From positions 310,001 through 374,000 of the forward strand of contig OZ025719.1 in the NCBI GenBank assembly GCA_964019335.1: 64,000 bases of DNA. The letters run 5' to 3'. Position numbers and translations under genes: made by a program. This DNA comes from Diplonema japonicum (taxonomy: Eukaryota > Protista > Euglenozoa: Diplonemea). Below, piece by piece: positions 45,806-56,380 of the stretch. The notes below the pieces were generated by a model. The model did not search any database, was not told the DNA's origin, and worked only from the letters and a program-made list of their open reading frames with translations. Position 1 is the stretch's first letter; the number at the start of each line of letters is the position of its first letter.

Positions 45806-46022
45806 GGTGGTGGGGTACATCAGATGTGTTGTTCGCTGTTAACCTCCTCGTCGGTCATCACCGGTAGCGCCCGAGTGGAAGATCATAAAGCAGATGCTCA
45901 GGGTGACGAACAGGCAGCAAACTGCGTTACCCGGATCGCTCCGGCTGCGGTTGAGTTGCACACCGCACGCATTAAGGACACAACGCGGAACGCGGAAGAA
46001 GCTACAACTAGGCCGCAATGCA
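45806..46022 (+). mobile_element. Second ribozyme-headed short retroelement (ribozyme 45806-45918)
   Basis: Near-identical to copy A, with a shorter J1/2, one P2 mismatch and an internal deletion; putative catalytic C at 45907. Confidence 0.8.
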
Positions 46023-46205
46023 CCCCCCCTCCCCCCTTTCGGTTTGGAAGTTGGAACAACAAGGAAAGAAAAAGAAGAGAGAAAAGAAAACGGACAGTCT
46101 TTTTTTTTTTTTTTTTTTATTATGAGGTTCTTTTGACGGTGGTGTCGCAATGTAATTAAATAACTCTACAAGGGGAAGGGAAAAAAAAAAAACACAAAAC
46201 ACAAG

Positions 46206-46904
46206 ATGCCATCGTGCCTCCTACGGGATCTGGACGGACTGGAAATGGAAATAGAGACAGAGGCAGGGGACAGCTTGGACACTGTACAGGAGCGGCTTGG
46301 GGAGCTGGGGTACTGCATGAGCACGCTGCGTCTTGTACTACGGGCGACAGTGCTGAAGAAGGGCGTAACCGTAAAAGACCTGCGCATGGAGGAGGGGGAG
46401 TTTATAACAATCGTTGGGAAAAAGAAGGATGCGTCCTACGACAGTGCAGATATCTTTCCACCACTACCAGCACCACTTCCACCCCCACCTCCACCGCCAG
46501 AAGAAGCAAGTTCATGTTCCACTAGTTCGCTCGACGAAGGGACCACCGGGTGCACGGTTCACAACTTCTATGTGAACACAGATATCAACGATATACGGGA
46601 GGCCTTGATCCGTGAGGGCTTTGATATCCAGTTGGTTGAGATAATCGTGACGCAGGAGGCCCTGAACCAAGGAGAGTCCCTTGACTCACTCAGGGAGAGC
46701 CTAAAGGAACTCAGCCCCGCTTCCATCGAAGAACAGGACCCACCTGCCGGGTCCCGCCCTGCCATCGAGGAACAGCACATCGACAGCCTCCTCGCTATGG
46801 GCTGCCCTGGCTACAGCCGTGAGGACATCGCCGCCATCTACGACCGGGAGGGGAAGGATGTCACGGTTGCTGGAGATTGGCTCCTCGCAGGCGGCAATAT
46901 TTGA
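46206..46904 (+). CDS. Ubiquitin-like plus UBA domain protein (Rad23/Dsk2-like architecture)
   Basis: N-terminal UBL (LRLVL...VLK...TVKDL.M.EG.FI) and C-terminal UBA (I.SLLAMG..Y.RE......V..A.DWLL). Confidence 0.75.
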   Translation: MPSCLLRDLDGLEMEIETEAGDSLDTVQERLGELGYCMSTLRLVLRATVLKKGVTVKDLRMEEGEFITIVGKKKDASYDSADIFPPLPAPLPPPPPPPEEASSCSTSSLDEGTTGCTVHNFYVNTDINDIREALIREGFDIQLVEIIVTQEALNQGESLDSLRESLKELSPASIEEQDPPAGSRPAIEEQHIDSLLAMGCPGYSREDIAAIYDREGKDVTVAGDWLLAGGNI

Positions 46905-46916
46905 ACCAAACGGCTA

Positions 46917-46951
<35 letters not shown>

Positions 46952-46953
<2 letters not shown>

Positions 46954-48110
46954 GGGCACGCCTTTAGGGACGCGGTGAGGAAAGCCCGGAGCAGGTCACT
47001 GGCGAACGAAAGAAGCACAGTGAAGGGGATGGAGGCGGGAGCGGATCCCAAAACCAACCAACTGTGGAAGACAGCCAAGGACCCACTCATGTCCTACTGC
47101 CTGAGACGGGTGATCGCCGGAGGGGTCCCCTACCTTAGCCCGCATGCAGGTACGAGTCAAAGGAGCGTCCCCCTGGCACCAGAAGGAGATGGCACCGAGG
47201 AAGACGGGGACAGCATAGACCACGTCCCAACGACGGAAGTACCACGCACACAAGGGTTCAGGTGTGACCTGTGTGAGTCACCACACCCGGACACGGTAAC
47301 CTTACTCCGCCATCAGCTTTACGAGTGTGCCTGCGCACGGGACGAGCTGGCACAGGACGGTTTGGAACCGCTGCGCGACAGGACGGGATGGCCCCTGTGT
47401 CTTGAGCTACACGCAATACTGCCGAGAGGACATGCCTTTGCATACCTGGAAAAACTGCAACGATACTTGGCCGTGGTGGTTGAGAAGCGGGACGTGGAGC
47501 TCATGCAGAAGGAGGACGTCAACACACAGCCGCTACCGTGGGAACGAAATGTAGTAGGAAAGAGATGCCCCGTTCCGATAGCAGGCGAGCTCGAGGGAGT
47601 GGGTGGGGTCCTGTCCCAGTACCTGAACCCGCTGCTACAATGGTTGTCACAGCTGCGCTGGGTGGAGAAGGACACCGCCTCGGAGGTGTCGGCGGTGGAG
47701 CTAGCCATTGACTTCGAATGGACGACCGGTAAATCATTAGGAGGCCTGCTGGAAGATAGGGCACGCAGAATCAAGGCCCTAATCGTAAAGATAAACGCAG
47801 CGTGCAGGGCACGGAAGAAGCGACGCCCCTTCCCAGCGGATGAGCAGAAAAGGGTGAAATCCCTCATCGCCATAGGAGGAAAGGCAGCTATAGGCTTCTC
47901 CAGGAGGCCCATTTTTGCTACCCAGTCCACGCACGACAAGCTGATGGATTTGAAGGCCGCCTACAAGCGGGATCGCATCACACGACTCCGCAAGACGCTC
48001 ACAGCCACAATCGGGATGAAAGCAATGCTCCAGAAGGGGAGTATTAACAGATAGACCCCCCCCTCCCATAGGGCGGCCCTCTAGCGGGGGGCTTGTCCTG
48101 TACTTTGAGT
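46952..48110 (+). mobile_element. 5'-truncated non-LTR retrotransposon (KGSINR subfamily), ORF 46975-48054
   Basis: CDLC.......LLRHQLYEC CCHC finger, LRW...VSAVELAIDFEWTTG domain, and a 3' stem-loop AGGGCGGCCCTC/GGGGGCTTGTCCT. Confidence 0.8.
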
Positions 48111-48115
48111 TTTTT

Positions 48116-48195
48116 AGGAACGAAGGCTATGCTCCAGAAGGGGAGCATTAATAGATAGGAACTCACACCACAAGAGGCTGTCTTTTACTATGAGT
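48116..48195 (+). mobile_element. Tiny 3' fragment of the element at 55.2-56.2 kb, directly behind the previous copy
   Basis: TAGGAACGAAGGCTATGCTCCAGAAGGGGAGCATTAATAGATAGGAACTCACACCACAAGAGGCTGTC is identical to 56077-56144. Confidence 0.85.
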
Positions 48196-48304
48196 TTTTT
48201 TTTTTTTTTGTTCTTCTTTTTTTTTTTTTTACTAACCTTCTTGTATCTCTTTTGCCCGCCATGTTCCCGCCACTCACTACTGTCCTACAAGTGCCCATGA
48301 CTTG

Positions 48305-51214
48305 ATGTCTCAGCGTGGCGGTTCAATGCGGCGGGCGAGCAGCCTGCAGGTGCCGTTCGGAACGACAGCTGAGGAGCTGCTGCTCATGACACGCGACGCC
48401 GACGACATGATGGGGGAGTTCGTGGGGATGGACACGAAGCAGACAGCACAACGCCCAAGGCAAAGCATCGGCAGGGCGAGTATTTGGAACGCGGAGTCCG
48501 ACGAGTTCGACACCCTGGCGTCGCCTGTTGACGACCTCCTCCGACATCTGGACGAGCTGAGCAGCATGATCAGCAACGGACACCACGGTATCATAGACCC
48601 TTCGTTCGGGGGCCAGCCGCCTCACGATGTGATCACCTTCGTGCTCGACATTGTCACGAAGACCGACAAGTGCACCGCACTGGCCAGCCGTCTGTCTGAT
48701 GCCTTCGAGATAAAGTTGGACACTATCATAGACCTGGAGCAGCGTGACCGCACAAACACCACAAAGAACGACCTCTTGAGGAAACAGTTCGACGCCTCGC
48801 AAGAAGAGCTCTACAAAGCAAATGTCGGCATTCAAAAGATGAAAGCCGTGTACAACGAGGAGATGGCAAAGATTACACGAACGGCTTCGGAAGAACGCGA
48901 GTACTGGAGCAAACGGGTGGAGGTGCTGGAAGAGGCTGCGGAGATCAACGAGGAGTACGAGTCGCTGGCGTTGAAACTAAACGAAGCGGAAGAGACGATC
49001 GACAGTCTCGTTTCAACGAACCAGAAGCTTAAGGACATCCAGGACACGATGCAGCAAAAGGCGGACGGCGAGTCTAGAAGACTCCTCAACGAAGCAAGGC
49101 AACAGGTGCAGATTATGGAGGTGGAACTGCACAATGCCAAGGAGAATCTGCACGAGGTCACCGGGCAGCATGCAAAGTTTGCGGAAATGCTGTATGAGAT
49201 GGAAAAAGTGTGTGACAAGCGCACAAAAGAATTAAACCAAAAAACTCAAGAAGTGAAGGACAAAATAGACCAGATCTTCAACATAGAAGAGCAGTGTGGA
49301 GAGAAGGACAAGGTGATAGAGGACCTACGCGATGAGATCGGCATGCTGTCGGCTTCCTTTGAACAGCTGCAGTCCATGGTTGTCGAGGAATCTGAACCCG
49401 AGCCTGAACCTGTCGATGGCACAATGAAGCTAAAGCTCGACGAGCTGCAGAACGATCTGCAGAAGAGTTTCGACGAGAAGGCTGAGCTAGACGATCTGGT
49501 ACTTAAGCTCAGCACTGAGCTCAGTGAACGAGACAACAACAAAGTTGTACCACTACCTCCCCTGATAGGCCTCACGGCGGACCCGATTGTGTGCAAGTTA
49601 GTACTGCCCACTCCAGTGTCGTCGTCGTCAGAATCGCTCCCTCTCACGCTGCCACAGGAGCCCACACCTCCGTCCACCCCACGCGAGCACCCTTCTGTTG
49701 CCATCATTGCCACTATTCAGGATAAGGCCTGCAGACTGCTCCATGCATGTTTGAACAGGGATCTCATACACCGAGCGTACAAAGTGCTGATGACATTCGT
49801 TAGCAACGCCAAAGCCGCACGTAGTAAGGCCACCTACACGGAGAAGATCCGAGTCATGCAAGTAGCACACAAACGGCAAGTAGACGAACTTACTAAGGAC
49901 AAGGAGAAGAACACTGTGCAAATGATTTTCAAGGAGAGCGAGCGGTGCGCTTCGGAGTTCAAACATGCTTTGCGGATGTTTGCAGAGCACTTCAAAAAGA
50001 GGTTCACATTGAGAAGGCTAAACCTGAACACCTTGCTTGGCATTGTGCCCAACGAGAAAGTCCCGACGCACGTTCTGGTACTTAGGATGGGAACGGTCTG
50101 CGTGCAGCGGCTCATGACGGCCTTGCAGACGGAGCAGGCTATTGCAAAGACGAGACGCCGTGTCAACATGATGACCATAGGCGAGAAGCTACGTCTAAAG
50201 AGAATCGAAAGGAGAAAAGAAGCAGCCCCCTCGGAGCTTGCTGAAGTGTACAACTCTCAGATACAGCATACTGAGGACAAGATCGTGGAAATGGTGGAAG
50301 TGAGGAACGAGATACGAGCGGCAAAGGTGCAAGCCTTCAGGCAATCGGAGAACCTTGAGGAGCTGCCTGCGACTGTCGAAGAAGTTAGGACGTCTACAGC
50401 GAAGCTGGAAACCAGGATCCACCGCTACTGGGGCGACCAGATCTGTGAGGCACAGAAGTCCTTGGAGGAGCCTAACCTCGTGTCGTGGGCCTCAGTCGGT
50501 GCTCTAAAGCCAAAAGCACCGCACTGCTTAGTGACAGCCCACGAACCTCCCTCCGCACAGCTTGTCATAAACTCTCTTTCCGAAGACATCACCACACCGT
50601 GCGATGTGGATAACAAGCCCAAGGCCCAACAACGTGTTCCGTCCCAGACGCCTTTCGGTGACCCAATGCGCATCACCCATTGTGCAAGCAGCCCACGTAA
50701 GATCCCTCGAAACACGTACACGCCTCGGACTGACGCAGTGACAGGTGCTGGGTTTCTCTTGGCGTTGGTGGATGGCGAGTGCAGCCGGTTCAGTCTGCCC
50801 ACCGACAGAGACCAAAAGGTGCAACGCGCGCCCAAACTAGTCGGTTCAGCAGTGCGCCATGACTTTGCACAAAAGGAAAAGGAGCCGGCACCAGCACCAC
50901 TGAGCCCAATGACTGATATGCCACACAGGCCTGCAAGCAACCCCTCTTCGTTGTACACAATGCATGCCCACTCTCCCGTGATGCAGGACTCGTGCGACTT
51001 AGAACTGTGCAGCACAGCATGGTCAGCTGGTACCGAGAAGCCACGTGTAGACACCAAGCTGCGAAACTCAATGAGGTCGGCTGTAGGGCTTAGGAGGCAG
51101 TGGCAGCCCAGCAGAGCAGGCGGATGTGGGGTGTCCCTGCGCACCGTGTCGGCACGAAGGCGTCTGCACTCCTATACTCCTACCAGTGCAAATGTACTCC
51201 CAAAGCTATCTTGA
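48305..51214 (+). CDS. Large coiled-coil hypothetical protein
   Basis: About 969 aa; long E/K/Q/L heptad region and a low-complexity tail. Confidence 0.8.
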   Translation: MSQRGGSMRRASSLQVPFGTTAEELLLMTRDADDMMGEFVGMDTKQTAQRPRQSIGRASIWNAESDEFDTLASPVDDLLRHLDELSSMISNGHHGIIDPSFGGQPPHDVITFVLDIVTKTDKCTALASRLSDAFEIKLDTIIDLEQRDRTNTTKNDLLRKQFDASQEELYKANVGIQKMKAVYNEEMAKITRTASEEREYWSKRVEVLEEAAEINEEYESLALKLNEAEETIDSLVSTNQKLKDIQDTMQQKADGESRRLLNEARQQVQIMEVELHNAKENLHEVTGQHAKFAEMLYEMEKVCDKRTKELNQKTQEVKDKIDQIFNIEEQCGEKDKVIEDLRDEIGMLSASFEQLQSMVVEESEPEPEPVDGTMKLKLDELQNDLQKSFDEKAELDDLVLKLSTELSERDNNKVVPLPPLIGLTADPIVCKLVLPTPVSSSSESLPLTLPQEPTPPSTPREHPSVAIIATIQDKACRLLHACLNRDLIHRAYKVLMTFVSNAKAARSKATYTEKIRVMQVAHKRQVDELTKDKEKNTVQMIFKESERCASEFKHALRMFAEHFKKRFTLRRLNLNTLLGIVPNEKVPTHVLVLRMGTVCVQRLMTALQTEQAIAKTRRRVNMMTIGEKLRLKRIERRKEAAPSELAEVYNSQIQHTEDKIVEMVEVRNEIRAAKVQAFRQSENLEELPATVEEVRTSTAKLETRIHRYWGDQICEAQKSLEEPNLVSWASVGALKPKAPHCLVTAHEPPSAQLVINSLSEDITTPCDVDNKPKAQQRVPSQTPFGDPMRITHCASSPRKIPRNTYTPRTDAVTGAGFLLALVDGECSRFSLPTDRDQKVQRAPKLVGSAVRHDFAQKEKEPAPAPLSPMTDMPHRPASNPSSLYTMHAHSPVMQDSCDLELCSTAWSAGTEKPRVDTKLRNSMRSAVGLRRQWQPSRAGGCGVSLRTVSARRRLHSYTPTSANVLPKLS

Positions 51215-51276
51215 GTGCCGCTTCTTTACAGAACAGCAACAACTTTGTTATCTGTGACCCCTTAAAGCTCAACAGG

Positions 51277-53967
51277 ATGAAGCTACCGTCCATCGTAGCT
51301 AATGACACGAGTGTTGCTGCAGGGGACGTGGTGAGCAGCCTGCTGGAGGCGCTGGAGATGAACGAGATGGAAATGGAAATATTCAAGAGTGCGTGGGGCG
51401 GGGGTGCGTTGGGAGTGCAGGAGTTTGTGCAGATCATACAAAGCAAGATACAAGGTGGCCTAGAGGTGGAGCACAGGCTGCAGTTGTTATTCTCGAACAT
51501 TGATATCGATGGGTATGGGGAGGTAACGTGGGAAGATTTCTACGCACACGTGATGGAGCACAGCAGGGAGACGGCTGATTGCGTTGATGTGGGTGGTGAA
51601 TGCAAACTAGAGATCTTTAAGGAGGTCAACCTTCTCCCGCAAGCATATACGACTGACTTCCTACGGTCCTTGCGGTACTTCGAGCGAGGCAAAGATCTGC
51701 CCGTCCTTGCCGGCGTAAGCCATAACCGGCTGAAAGTCCTTGATGTGGATACGACCCTTACTAGCGCTTCGTGCACGATAAGTGACGAGGGCAAAACCCT
51801 CTCTTTCACGCACATCCCGTGTAGCGCTGCGCATGTCCCAGAAGGCGTCTTCGTCGCCAGCTGCTCTGACCTTTCCCTCCGCGTCATTCGTGCCAACGAC
51901 TTCAAGCAAACCAGCTTCCGTGTGGAGCCACCCTCACAAACAGTTGTGCGGTACTATTCTACATACAACCCTGACCACTTGCTTACTGGGAACAGGATGG
52001 GGTGCTTGGAAGCATTCTGCCTGGACAGGCTCATGTCGGGCGCACGAGAGACTGCTCGGAACGTAGTCAAAAAAAAGCACCGAAAAGTGGTTCTTCCTTT
52101 GGTGAAACCTGTGGCAAAATCAAAGCAATTACACAAAGACACGATCACAGAGGTGCTGTACGTCCAGAGAGACAGGATAGTGACATCAGGCGATGATGGC
52201 GGCGTGAAGTTAGTGGACCCTTTGAAGCTCACTATGGTGAGTGAGCTACAGGGGCATGCCGAGGCCGTGCATTGCATGGCTTACTCTAAGGACTATGAGA
52301 TCCTGGTATCTGGGGGCAGTGACGGTGTGCCTCTGTGCTGGCCCGCCATGAACGGCGGCGGCAGGATCGTTCCCACAGCGCTGCATGAGCACAGGGCAGG
52401 GCTTCCCAGCAGTACCATTGACATGGCGTTCGTCCCTCAGACACCCAATTTGATCACACTTGACTCTGTTGGCATGTTCAAGGTATGGGACGTGAGGACG
52501 TACAAAGTCGTGCAGAGCTTCAGTGTGAACAACAAAAGGTGCACGCCCTGTGGGTTTGTGTACATGGGGTGCAACGAGAGTGTAGTCAGCACCTTTGCAG
52601 AAGGGCTCTTTAAATGGGACAATGTTGTGTCGAAGAACCCCATGGTGGCAGAAGACTCACCAGTGGTGGCTGTCATGGTGCTTGCTGTACACGACTCAGA
52701 GCCCGACACCGTCCTGACGGTCTCCGCTGACAGCGTGAAGACGTGGTCTGTGGAGACGGGGACGTTGGTGCGGTCATATGCGAACTCTTCGACGTCAGAA
52801 GTTACGGCGGCGACAGCTGATTCTGTAAAGGGAAGGAAGGTGTACTTAGGCCATGCAAATGGGGGTGTCACCATACATAACCTGATGGCGCATATGATGC
52901 TGTTGCGCGAGATTCCTCTAGCGGAGCAGTCCGTGGCAGGCGAAGTCACTTCGCTCCACTATGAACATCAGTTGCGCAACCTTGTCGTGTGTTATGAAAA
53001 CGGAGATGTGGTGGTTGTCTGCGATGATAAAAGGAGCAGCAACTCCTTTGCCCCGAGGACAGCTGCAAAGGGGTGCGGGGTGGCCATTAAAATGCTCTCG
53101 ACACACACCAGCCTCCCGTTCATGGCATTGACGACTTCATCTTTCACCAGCGTGTGGGGATTGACAAGCCTTTCAATCATTGTGAAATACCAACCGTTCC
53201 GTGATACCGAGGCATCTTGCAGCGTTTTCGTGACAGACGTCCCCACTATGGCGATCGTGGCGGGGGGAGTTAACGGGGCATTGACCTTGTGGGTGTGCCA
53301 CCCCTCACGTGGGTGGGTGCACGAAATTGTGAAATGGCAGTCCATGAAGGGCGAGCACCCCATTACTGGAATCTGCTACAACCCAAAGTCCCAACACCTA
53401 TTCACGGTGGACGACAGGTGTGTTTTCACTTACTACGACATCTCACGAGTACTGAGCTCCAGCAACCTCGAAACAAGCAATGTTAAACCCATCAAGGTGG
53501 ACAGCGGCGTAGTTAAGGTTTGCGGGTGGTGGCAGGCGGACACGAAACATCCCTTTCGAAGCATTTTCTACCACGAGACACTTAAATGCGTGCTCGGGTG
53601 GAGCTACGAAGGGATCGTCGCGTTCTGGGGACGCACGGGGGCCTTCCTAGGTAGTTTGATGCAAGGCGGCCCCGGGTACTGGGGGCTCAATGAAAGCCAG
53701 AACGGCACCACGCCCGTCGACAGCCCGAGACATCACAATCCCATATGCACCCTCGAGCATTCCCTGCGCCCCCAACATCAGCGCCATAAAAGGTTCTCTT
53801 CTATCCTCCCAATCAAACGCCAATCGCGCCTCATCCAAACCCTCGATGCCCTCACGGAGGACCGTCATAGGAGCAGTTCTTTGCGTGAGACTCCCTTGGC
53901 GGAAGGGCCCAGCTTTTTGCCGAACCTAGCTTCACTGAAATGCGACATGTTCACACCAGGAATGTGA
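51277..53967 (+). CDS. EF-hand plus WD40 protein (WDR49/EFCAB8-like)
   Basis: LFSNIDIDGYGEVTWEDF EF-hand; GH.EAV.CMAYS and FKVWDVRTYK WD repeats; ATG directly after CAGG. Confidence 0.8.
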   Translation: MKLPSIVANDTSVAAGDVVSSLLEALEMNEMEMEIFKSAWGGGALGVQEFVQIIQSKIQGGLEVEHRLQLLFSNIDIDGYGEVTWEDFYAHVMEHSRETADCVDVGGECKLEIFKEVNLLPQAYTTDFLRSLRYFERGKDLPVLAGVSHNRLKVLDVDTTLTSASCTISDEGKTLSFTHIPCSAAHVPEGVFVASCSDLSLRVIRANDFKQTSFRVEPPSQTVVRYYSTYNPDHLLTGNRMGCLEAFCLDRLMSGARETARNVVKKKHRKVVLPLVKPVAKSKQLHKDTITEVLYVQRDRIVTSGDDGGVKLVDPLKLTMVSELQGHAEAVHCMAYSKDYEILVSGGSDGVPLCWPAMNGGGRIVPTALHEHRAGLPSSTIDMAFVPQTPNLITLDSVGMFKVWDVRTYKVVQSFSVNNKRCTPCGFVYMGCNESVVSTFAEGLFKWDNVVSKNPMVAEDSPVVAVMVLAVHDSEPDTVLTVSADSVKTWSVETGTLVRSYANSSTSEVTAATADSVKGRKVYLGHANGGVTIHNLMAHMMLLREIPLAEQSVAGEVTSLHYEHQLRNLVVCYENGDVVVVCDDKRSSNSFAPRTAAKGCGVAIKMLSTHTSLPFMALTTSSFTSVWGLTSLSIIVKYQPFRDTEASCSVFVTDVPTMAIVAGGVNGALTLWVCHPSRGWVHEIVKWQSMKGEHPITGICYNPKSQHLFTVDDRCVFTYYDISRVLSSSNLETSNVKPIKVDSGVVKVCGWWQADTKHPFRSIFYHETLKCVLGWSYEGIVAFWGRTGAFLGSLMQGGPGYWGLNESQNGTTPVDSPRHHNPICTLEHSLRPQHQRHKRFSSILPIKRQSRLIQTLDALTEDRHRSSSLRETPLAEGPSFLPNLASLKCDMFTPGM

Positions 53968-54099
53968 CCAAAGGGATCAGGGGGTTTTACAGCCGCCTGT
54001 GTCGCGTGACGGCATTTTCTTTCCCCTCTTTTTTTTTCCAGTGTCGGGTTGCTTCTATTCTCCGCTAATGTTGTTCATGTTGATGTCTTAAAGGCGAAG

Positions 54100-54750
54100 A
54101 TGCTGCGGGCGATGAGAGTTCTGCGGCGGGGGACGGAACTGGCACGTGGGGCGGTGCTGCCGAAGGAGCTGAGGGAACGACTGGAGGCAATCAAAGCGAA
54201 AAGGGAGGCTGAGGAGGCTGCTGTAGATGGGTGGGTGGATGAGAAAAGAAGTGTACAGGAATTAATAGCACCGAAATGCAGGTGCGCGTGCGGCGCTGAC
54301 GGCAGGCTGAGAACGGTCTGGAACGAAGAGCGAAAGCTGGGCCGGGCAGTGGTTTCTGTGAAGGAAGGTGAAGTGCTTGAGGGCGTGAAGCCTTGCGAAA
54401 GCCTGACTTCATTGCTACTTTGCCACTGTAGTGCTACTTCTATCGCATATAGCTACCGCCGAAGTGGGCTCAGCATTGGGCAGGGACCACCCTCATGGGA
54501 GGCCCTGGGCACCCCTAACTTTACGCAGCTCCCTGCGATAGAGCTCCCTGCTCATACCCCTGTGTACTTCACTGCTTCCGTCGAGGCAGTAGCTGGGTGG
54601 AAGTCCACCCTCTCTTTTACTGTCACCTCCCCTCAAGCCACACCACCCCTGCTGTACTCTGGTACTGTGGTCACCGTCCGTTCTAACTCCTCAATGACCC
54701 CAGTCTCCCCTTATTCTGTTGTTCCTAGGTGCACTGGTCTGAGCTCGTGA
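54100..54750 (+). CDS. Hypothetical protein with mitochondrial-type presequence (possible hotdog fold)
   Basis: MLRAMRVLRRG start; beta-rich C-terminal half. Confidence 0.6.
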   Translation: MLRAMRVLRRGTELARGAVLPKELRERLEAIKAKREAEEAAVDGWVDEKRSVQELIAPKCRCACGADGRLRTVWNEERKLGRAVVSVKEGEVLEGVKPCESLTSLLLCHCSATSIAYSYRRSGLSIGQGPPSWEALGTPNFTQLPAIELPAHTPVYFTASVEAVAGWKSTLSFTVTSPQATPPLLYSGTVVTVRSNSSMTPVSPYSVVPRCTGLSS

Positions 54751-55179
54751 CAAGGAACCGCCCTCCCCCATGTTTCATTCCTTGCAGTGCACAGTTTTTC
54801 CCAGCCGGTTTTTCTTTTTTTTTGAATTTGTTCCCCCCCCCCCCCCCCCCCCTTCCAAAATGTATATTTACACACTTGCCTATTTTTCTTCTTTTTTCCG
54901 ACAGTTTTTACCCCCCTTTTTTTTCATTTCACTGTTTTTAAAAAAGAAAAAAAGGTTTCCAATGGAAAACTATGGGAAAAAAAAGCTATTTTTGTTTATA
55001 GTTTTAAACAGTTCTATCGGCGAGACTAGTTGTTTTGGGGCAATCGGGCAACTTTTTTTTACTAGGTAAAGATAACGCTCGTGTGAAAAACAAAAAGCAT
55101 TTTTCTTTCACCTCCCCCCCCTACAATTTCCTTCTTTTTTTTTTTACAATGAAGACATTTTCTTTTTTTTTGCATGGTT

Positions 55180-56173
55180 TCAGGCCTAAACACAGCACGA
55201 CCTCGGCCAAAGCAGGACCAAAGTGTGTACCCCCCACGAATGAGGACGACGAGTCCGAGGGACGGAGCGAAGAAGAGGAAGATCAAGACGAGCCAGCGGC
55301 GCATGAAGGACAAGACGAGTCGGGATTTGAATGTGACCTCTGCCCGACCAAGCATGCGGACACAGTAACACTGCTACGCCACCAGCTGTACGAGTGCCCG
55401 CCAGCACGAGAGGAGCTGATGCGGGAGGAGATGGAACCACTGCGCGACAGGACGGAATGGCCGCTCTGCCTCGAGCTGCATGCCCTCCTACCAAGGGGGA
55501 ACGGGTTCGAACACCTGGAGAAGCTGCAGCGATACCTGGCAATGGTGGAAAAGCGGGACGAAGGGCTGATGCAGGCAGAATGCGGCAACAAAAAGCTACC
55601 ATGGGAGCGGGAAGTGACAGGCAAAGTGACCCCGGTACCGACGACAGCACAGCTGGGGACAGTGGTGGGACTGCTGGAGCAATTCGGGGAACCACTACTG
55701 GAATGGATGGGAAAGCTGCGATGGGTGGAGGGCGACACCGACTCGGAGGTTTCAGCAGCTGAACTTGCACTCGACTTTGAGGAGACAACCGGTAAGTCAC
55801 TGGGAGTCTACAACATGCAGAGGAAGGCACGCAGAATCAAGCTGTTGGTGGAGAGAGCCAACGCAGTGTGCAGAACGAGACGGATAAGATGCCCCTTCCC
55901 TGCGGACGGGGCAAAGAGGGTCAAGTCGCTCACAGCGATCGGAGGCAAGGCTGCAATAGGCTTTAACAGGAGACCGATCTTCGCATCAAGACAGACAGCG
56001 CAAAAGCTACAGGAGTTGAAAGGGACATACAAAAAAGAACGCGTGTCGAGACTACGAAAAGCTTTAAAGGCGACAATAGGAACGAAGGCTATGCTCCAGA
56101 AGGGGAGCATTAATAGATAGGAACTCACACCACAAGAGGCTGTCCTCAAGTGGGATTTTCTTTTACTATGAGT
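55180..56173 (+). mobile_element. 5'-truncated non-LTR retrotransposon (KGSINR subfamily)
   Basis: Paralogous to 46975-48054: CDLC..H..C finger, VSAAELALDFEETTG, KAMLQKGSINR*. Confidence 0.8.
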
Positions 56174-56380
56174 TCTTTTTTAACCACCCCCCACGCTCCC
56201 CCTTCCTTTTCCTTTTCCAGTTTCAAAGGAACAGAAAGATTTCGCAAAGAACTCCCAAATTTCCCCCCCTTTACTTTTTTTCCCCTTTTTTTTGATAGTT
56301 TTCTTATCTCTCTTATCCCAGCATTTTCTTTTTTTTTTTCTTTTTTGCACACAGCAAGCACCCATAGGTGTTGCTGCAGA

